Origin: Pyrinomonadaceae bacterium
Lineage (GTDB): Bacteria; Acidobacteriota; Blastocatellia; Pyrinomonadales; Pyrinomonadaceae
Assembly (NCBI GenBank): GCA_040080065.1
Contig: JBEBJB010000028.1
Location: 1,495 to 65,494, forward strand
Direction: 5' to 3'
Length of the DNA: 64,000 nt
Part shown: in pieces, positions 58,923-64,000 of the stretch
How positions within the stretch are numbered: position 1 is the first letter of the stretch
How the letters are laid out: every line of letters starts with the position of its first letter
The notes under the pieces: generated by a model
Database searches by the model: none
Seen by the model: the letters and a program-made list of their open reading frames with translations, nothing else
What the model was told of the DNA's origin: nothing
Position numbers and translations under genes: made by a program

Positions 58923-59064
58923 GAAGAAAGAAAAAGAACCTAAAGAACCTCTCCGAATCCCACTAGATTTTGAAGAGACTTTAGGTGATCTGCTCAAAGT
59001 AAAACCGCCACCGGACAAAAAGCCCAATGGCGGTAAACGAGAAGATAAGAAGTCGAGTAAGTAG
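58912..59064 (+). CDS. hypothetical Lys/Glu-rich 50-aa protein
   Basis: Own translation: MNNEKKEKEPKEPLRIPLDFEETLGDLLKVKPPPDKKPNGGKREDKKSSK. Overlaps the previous ORF by 11 nt. Below the ORF-track cutoff. Confidence 0.25.
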   Translation: MNNEKKEKEPKEPLRIPLDFEETLGDLLKVKPPPDKKPNGGKREDKKSSK

Positions 59065-60080
59065 TGTCAGCCTGTCACGCGCAGGGATATGATACTAAAC
59101 CGCAATGGGTTTGCGAAGTATATAATTCCCCCGAGCGTTCCCCAGTCGTCCTAATTGGGTGTAGTTTAAACACTTATACAAGATATTGCAAGAAAAAAGT
59201 TTCACACGGCTTTCACGAGCCTTTGTATGTCGCGGAATGGCTGGAACGATCCCGATCTTTGCCCGCCCAAAATCGTCTCACTTTCATGCGCAAAGTGAGA
59301 CGGCTTAAATGTAATTTCATCAACCACATACGGCCCAAAATCGTCTCTTTTTGTAAAAAACATCATGCTGAGTGAGACGGCCGGTCGTTCCCACTTTTGT
59401 GCGCAAATTGGAACGGGTTAACTGTTGTGAAAACAGCGCCTTATCGGAAAATATCGTTCCATTTTGAAAATTTCTTAACCTTGGTCGTCCTGAAACAGGT
59501 TTACATACGATCCGCCGCCCCGCAAAGCAGTTCAGCAGCACCTTGCCGCCACTCTCGCCTATCGTTAGGCTCTGCTCTCTATCATCATGTGCGGGGCACC
59601 TAGCGATAAAGCCATACTGGCTCCTCTTGACCCCACTAAGTTATTGAGTAATGTCAGTGATCGACATATGTTTCGAACTCACTCTGCGGTTGCTTCGTGA
59701 GTCTCACATATTGGCACACCTTGCACAGATGATACAAGCACGGTATGCACAGATTGTATAGTTATGCGGGTTTTGCGTACTTTTTCGGCGGGTGTATCGG
59801 CTGTTTCAGTTGTTGCAGATTGGGATGGTGAAACAGCTACGCAGCGTCAAAGACTCACTCTTATTCCTTCTCGCCGAGCGGAAAAGCTATGCTTTTCCGT
59901 GAGTCTCCCGCTAAACCAACGCGGCTATGCCGCCGCCTTCGAAGCCCGGCGGCACAGCCTCGTGATCAAAAAAGAAGCTGCCGGAATAGCACAGCATTTC
60001 CGCTCGGCGATGCGGTGGAACCGCAAAGAGGCTTTTTTCTGCCGACCGCTGACCGCCGACTGCTAACCGCCAACTGATTC

Positions 60081-61808
60081 CTAGTGTTTAAAATGCCTGA
60101 TTCCCGTGAATGCCATGGCGATGTTGTGTTCGTTGGCGGCGGTGATGGATTCTTCGTCTTTGATTGAGCCGCCGGGTTGGATGATGGCTGAGACGCCGAA
60201 TTTGGCGGCTTCGTCGACGTTGTCGCGGAACGGGAAGAACGCGTCGGAGGCGACGACCGAGCCCGCGAGCGACAGGTTAAAACGTTCGGCACGCATGGCG
60301 GCGATGCGGACGGAATCGACGCGGTTCATTTGCCCGGCACCGACGCCGAGGGTTTGGTGTTCGTTGGCGAAGACGATAGCGTTCGATTTGACGTGCTTGC
60401 AAACCGTCCAGGCGAGCTGCATGGCGTGGAGCTCGGCTGTCGTGGGCTGGCGGTCGGTGACGATGTTGAGGTCGGCTGGTTTTAGGACGTGAGCGTCCTG
60501 ACCCTGGACGAGGAAACCGCCGCTGATTTGCTTGTATTCAATTTGAGATCTGAGATTTGGAATTTCAGATCCTTTCGGATTTGGAGCTACACGCAAAACA
60601 CGTAAATTCTTCTTTGACTTAAAAATTTCGAGTGCCTCTTCAGCGTATTCGGGGGCTACGATTACCTCTGAGAACACCTCGATCACGGCTTTGGCGGTTT
60701 CGGCATCGACCTTTTGGTTAAAGGCGACGATGCCGCCGAAGGCTGAGACTGGGTCGGTGGCGAGGGCTCGTTTGTAGGCTTCGAGGCTGGTTGCGGCCGT
60801 GCCGACGCCGGATGGGTTGGTGTGTTTTATGATGGTGACGGCGAGCTGGTCGAAGTCCTGGACGAGATTCCACGCCGCTTCGGCGTCGACGTAGTTGTTG
60901 AAGGACATCTCTTTGCCGTGAAGCTGCTCGGCTGAGGCGATGCCTTCGGAGCCGTCTTCGGTCGTGTAGATCGCGGCACGCTGGTGCGGGTTCTCGCCGT
61001 ATCTTAGATCGGTGACCTTTGTTAGGTCGATGGAGCGGTATTCGGGGAGCGGTTTTGTCACGTCAGAGAGAACCACCCCGTCAGCCGAAGCGGCTGCCAC
61101 CCCTCCTTCGTAAGGAGGGGAGCTAAGATCTGACTCGTTTTCAAGCTCAATAAACGCCAGATGCCCCTGCGGATTGAGCGGTTCCAGTCGGTCGAGATCG
61201 TCGTTTGATAGCTGTTTGGCTAGGTACGACGAGATGGCGAGGTCGTAGCTGGCGGTGCGTGTGTAGGCGAGAGTTGCCAGACGCTGACGTGTTTCCAGCG
61301 AGAGCGAGCCGTCGTTCGCATCTAATTCCTCGATTATCTCTGCGTACAAACGCGAATCTGTTACGACCGCAACATCACGCCAGTTTTTCGAGGCGGAGCG
61401 GATCATTGCAGGGCCGCCGATGTCGATGTTTTCGACTGCTTCTGCGAGACTGACGCCGTCTTTGGCGATAGTTTCTTCGAAGGGGTAAAGGTTGACGACG
61501 ACCAAATCTATTGGCTCGATGCCGTGTTCGTGCATCGAAGCAACGTGTTCAGGATTGTCACGCAGAGCTAGAAAGGCTCCGTGCATCTTTGGGTGCAGCG
61601 TTTTGACCCGGCCGTCCATCATTTCGGGAAACCCTGTAACAGCAGAGACGTCTGTAACATTTGAGACAGTTTCGCGAAGGCTCTTCGCGGTTCCGCCGGT
61701 TGAGATGATTTCGACACCGTGTTTGGCGAGAGCCGCTGCGAAATCCGCAAGGCCGGCTTTGTCCGAGACGCTGATAAGGGCACGTTTGATCTTTCTGAGT
61801 TCGCTCAT
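60081..61808 (-). CDS. purH: bifunctional AICAR formyltransferase / IMP cyclohydrolase
   Basis: Start at MSELRKIKRALISVSDKAGL (ATG at 61808); the longer ORF begins in a REP. MGS-like IMPCH domain, LRYGENPHQ, and an AICARFT domain to the C-terminus. About 575 aa, longer than the usual ~510-530. Confidence 0.95.
   Translation of the reverse strand: MSELRKIKRALISVSDKAGLADFAAALAKHGVEIISTGGTAKSLRETVSNVTDVSAVTGFPEMMDGRVKTLHPKMHGAFLALRDNPEHVASMHEHGIEPIDLVVVNLYPFEETIAKDGVSLAEAVENIDIGGPAMIRSASKNWRDVAVVTDSRLYAEIIEELDANDGSLSLETRQRLATLAYTRTASYDLAISSYLAKQLSNDDLDRLEPLNPQGHLAFIELENESDLSSPPYEGGVAAASADGVVLSDVTKPLPEYRSIDLTKVTDLRYGENPHQRAAIYTTEDGSEGIASAEQLHGKEMSFNNYVDAEAAWNLVQDFDQLAVTIIKHTNPSGVGTAATSLEAYKRALATDPVSAFGGIVAFNQKVDAETAKAVIEVFSEVIVAPEYAEEALEIFKSKKNLRVLRVAPNPKGSEIPNLRSQIEYKQISGGFLVQGQDAHVLKPADLNIVTDRQPTTAELHAMQLAWTVCKHVKSNAIVFANEHQTLGVGAGQMNRVDSVRIAAMRAERFNLSLAGSVVASDAFFPFRDNVDEAAKFGVSAIIQPGGSIKDEESITAANEHNIAMAFTGIRHFKH
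61070..61125. repeat. palindromic (REP-like) element inserted in frame in the purH interdomain linker
   Basis: cagccgaagcggctg and cccctccttcgtaaggagggg hairpins. Translated as SSPPYEGGVAAASADGVV within the linker. Confidence 0.65.
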
Positions 61809-61818
61809 AATATTGTCG

Positions 61819-61880
61819 TTTGGAGTCCCGCGTTCAGGCGGAATTGCCGAGCAGAGGCCGCCTAAAGGCGGTACTCTGAA
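61819..61880. repeat. palindromic repeat upstream of purH
   Basis: ttggagtcccgcgttcaggcgg ... ggccgcctaaaggcggtactc. Each arm is itself a small hairpin. Confidence 0.6.
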
Positions 61881-61881
61881 C

Positions 61882-61912
61882 GAAAAACAAAAAAGCGGCT
61901 CACATGCCGCTT
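61882..61912 (-). terminator. intrinsic terminator (minus strand) after the 25-aa micro-ORF
   Basis: Minus strand reads aagcggc atgtga gccgctt followed by ttttgtttttcg. Confidence 0.6.
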
Positions 61913-61979
61913 CATCAAACACTAATATATTGCATTACGAACTCACCTACAAAGACGCTGTTGAGAAAACAGTAGGCGT

Positions 61980-62057
61980 TTAGAAGAAGAATCGTCCGAG
62001 GAACAACAGGCTCAAAACGACGATCATCGCGAAAATAATGACTTTGATAACACTCAT
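61980..62057 (-). CDS. candidate 25-aa hydrophobic micro-protein
   Basis: Own translation: MSVIKVIIFAMIVVLSLLFLGRFFF. AGAGGA RBS 3 nt upstream and its own terminator downstream. Below the ORF-track cutoff. Confidence 0.3.
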   Translation of the reverse strand: MSVIKVIIFAMIVVLSLLFLGRFFF

Positions 62058-62120
62058 AAATCCTCTATCCTGTGGGCAGAGCCTTGTGTGAAAGGTAATT
62101 CTATTCCCGCCCAAATAGCG

Positions 62121-63560
62121 ATGTCAAAAATTTTAGCACCAATTCCCACCGTTTTAGCCGCGTTCGTGCTGATTTTACAATTCTTTACATTTGCCGAGGG
62201 TCAGGACATCGATGTTCTGATCAAGATCAAGGCCGAAAAGGCTATAGCAGCCGATGTAACGGTCTCGGTAAATGTTACAAACAAGGCTGAGACCCTGTGG
62301 TTCATGGATCAATACGGCGACGTTTCGCGGTTGCTGACGGAGCGGTTTTCGCACATCTATTTCTACGACAAACCCGGCTTTCTCATTGCTCGCAAACGAA
62401 TCCAGCCGAACGAGATGGTCAACCTCAGAAACGTCGGCAAGCTCATCTACACCGTCGACCTCACACCTCGTCCGGGCACGTTTGCAGCCGCACATACTTC
62501 ATGGGCGAAGGACGATGGAGGCATGCTGGTTCTGGACGATCTGCTGCCTCAGGCGGTTGGGAAGACGGCAAAAGTGAGCTTTGAATTGCCTGTCGGGTGG
62601 AAAGTCGCAAGTCTTGCTGTTCAGCCTGTCGCTGTGCCAAATATTGAAAAGGCAGTGTTTTACGTCGGTTCAAACATGCGGGAACTGGCAACCGGCCCGA
62701 TTAGGCTGGCGATCTCGGGCGAATGGCAGTTTACGGACGCCGAGGCTGCTGAGATGGCGGTGTCCATTGCTAAAGAGTACGAGAAGATTTTTGGGAAGCT
62801 TGCTGAATCAAATGTCATCGTGCGGCTGTCGAAGTTTCCGAATCAAGTCGGTTTTGGTAATTGGGAGGGCGACACACGCAGCTCAACCGTGACGATCGTG
62901 TCGTCGGATATGCCGTTCAAGAATCAGTCGGTACAGCGTTTGCATGAGCAGCTGCGGCACGAGATGTTTCACCTTTGGATACCGAACGGCGTGAATCTGA
63001 GCGGGAATTACGACTGGTTTTACGAGGGATTCGCGTTGTATCAGTCGTTGAAGGTCGGTGTCGGGGTGAACCGGCTGCGGTTCGAGGATTTTCTCGATAC
63101 GCTCTCGCGTGCGTACGCGATCGAGGAATCGCAAACCAAGCGAATCTCGCTCATCGACGCTTCGGCAAACCGTTGGAGCGGATCAAACACAACGGTCTAC
63201 GCACGCGGAATGCTGCTCGGCTTCCTCTGCGACATCGCCATGCTCGAAGCCTCAGGCGGCAAACGTTCGGTCACAGACCTCATCAAGGAAGTCATCTCGA
63301 AACACAGTCTCAGCATGCCGCGAACGGACGGGAACACGGCTCTCGTCGCAATTTTCAAATCTCACGCGGAACTCGCCGCCATGGCAGAGCGTTATATTTC
63401 CGGAAGCGAACCTTTCGCGATCGAGGCAGCACTTTCATCAGCAGGCATCGAAATAGACCGCTCAACGGGCGTTCTTAAATTCAAGGTGGTCAACAAACCG
63501 CCAGGGAAGCAGAGGAAGATACTCGAGAAGTTAGGGATCGATAATTGGAAGAAGAATTAG
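62121..63560 (+). CDS. gluzincin metallopeptidase (M1/M61-like), exported
   Basis: HEMFHLW-X-E (HExxH then WFYEGFALY about 18 aa later). Signal/anchor MSKILAPIPTVLAAFVLILQFFTFAEG. GTG at 62088 is an alternative start. Confidence 0.7.
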   Translation: MSKILAPIPTVLAAFVLILQFFTFAEGQDIDVLIKIKAEKAIAADVTVSVNVTNKAETLWFMDQYGDVSRLLTERFSHIYFYDKPGFLIARKRIQPNEMVNLRNVGKLIYTVDLTPRPGTFAAAHTSWAKDDGGMLVLDDLLPQAVGKTAKVSFELPVGWKVASLAVQPVAVPNIEKAVFYVGSNMRELATGPIRLAISGEWQFTDAEAAEMAVSIAKEYEKIFGKLAESNVIVRLSKFPNQVGFGNWEGDTRSSTVTIVSSDMPFKNQSVQRLHEQLRHEMFHLWIPNGVNLSGNYDWFYEGFALYQSLKVGVGVNRLRFEDFLDTLSRAYAIEESQTKRISLIDASANRWSGSNTTVYARGMLLGFLCDIAMLEASGGKRSVTDLIKEVISKHSLSMPRTDGNTALVAIFKSHAELAAMAERYISGSEPFAIEAALSSAGIEIDRSTGVLKFKVVNKPPGKQRKILEKLGIDNWKKN

Positions 63561-63637
63561 AAACACCGGATTTCGAAAGGACATATTTTCGCCCTTCGGT
63601 TATAATACTTGGCGAATGAAGGCGGATGGTTTGTAGA

Positions 63638-64000
63638 TGAAGATTCACGTTATTCTATTGGTCGGGCTGGTGTTTATAGGGTTGTCGCAGCTTGGTTGCG
63701 GCGGTGTTACGACGGGTGTTTTTGGGGCGAGCGACACTGCGACGGTGATCGCTAAGACGGCCCAGATACGCACTTCGTACGCGGTTGTGGCGGCTGATCT
63801 GCTTGAGGTCAAACGCGGCGAGAGCCTTGACGTGATCGATGATTTCGAATACGAAAAGGTGTGGTGGTACCGGGTTCGTGCCCATGACGAAGCCGCAACC
63901 GAAGGCTGGATCGAAGCCCAAAACGTCATTACAAGCGGTACACTCGCCAAATCAAAGGCTCTTGCCGAGGAATTCAAAGATCAGGCACCGCAGGCCGCAG
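63638..64000 (+). CDS. lipoprotein with SH3b-like domain, N-terminal part (runs off window end)
   Basis: Own translation from ATG 63638: MKIHVILLVGLVFIGLSQLGCGG... (lipobox) ...VKRGESLDVIDDFEYEKVWWYRVRAHDEATTEGWIEAQNV (SH3-like). Confidence 0.55.

Noticed and set aside
59064-60066. ORFs 59064-59375 (+), 59320-59541 (-), 59764-60066 (+)
   Set aside because: No RBS, Cys/Arg/His-rich odd composition, and overlap with hairpin repeats. The region is treated as non-coding or possibly decayed.
59396-60080. ORF-less group II intron (GTGCG at 59398)
   Set aside because: Only the 5' pentamer matches. I could not find a domain V-like 34-nt hairpin with the conserved AGC/GNRA features or a plausible 3' AY end.
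59400-60080. tmRNA, RNase P RNA or SRP RNA in the long non-coding stretch
   Set aside because: The hallmark strings (GGTTCGAATCC-type T-arm with CCA end, GGAAAGTCCGGGC, GGAAGCAGCC) were not found on either strand.
61809-62087. ZTP (pfl) riboswitch upstream of purH
   Set aside because: purH is a common ZTP-riboswitch target, but the leader shows only a REP-type palindrome, a terminator belonging to the upstream micro-ORF and no GGGUCGUGAC / CCGCCUGGGC-like conserved blocks.

Overview
64-kb chromosomal segment of a moderately GC-rich, diderm-type bacterium. The gene content, the zinc-ribbon N-termini and the many short palindromic repeat families are reminiscent of soil Acidobacteriota, but that is inference only. 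All calls come from reading the supplied translations and the DNA by eye; no searches were run.

Most of the window is housekeeping:
- Replication, segregation and translation: scpA/scpB, rluB, trpS, polA, lnt, prfB (with its programmed +1 frameshift), ftsK, comEA/comEC, purH.
- Metabolism: an aldehyde dehydrogenase-DUF779 pair and a PLP-enzyme/permease pair.
- Several secreted peptidases (S8, S9/DPP-IV, M14, M50, an M1/M61-like enzyme).
- Three tRNAs: Ala-CGC, Glu-TTC and an odd type-II Leu-like tRNA.
- About five toxin-antitoxin-like pairs.

No rRNA, CRISPR array or integrase was seen.

The most interesting features:
1. A tight five-gene plus-strand operon (25019-35676). It encodes a 2,173-aa exported giant protein (nucleotidyltransferase-like motif, hydrophobic hairpin, Ig-like repeats, TPRs, two unnamed beta domains) and three secreted paralogs. 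The paralogs share an unnamed ~150-aa N-terminal module and carry different C-termini, one of which recurs in the giant protein.
2. Two tandem paralogous ~145-nt candidate sRNAs (41358-42059), each with a near-consensus sigma-54 promoter and an intrinsic terminator. The second is preceded by a perfect TGTGA-N6-TCACA palindrome plus GGTCGAA repeats, and that module is duplicated beside tRNA-Ala.
3. An unusual load of at least eight unrelated REP/MITE-like palindromic families. These include a ~500-bp cluster, an IS200-like RAYT gene flanked by inverted REPs, and an in-frame palindromic insertion inside purH.
4. A lower-GC island around the aberrant tRNA with an IS1595-type transposase, a DUF4160/DUF2442 operon and ~1 kb of structured non-coding DNA.
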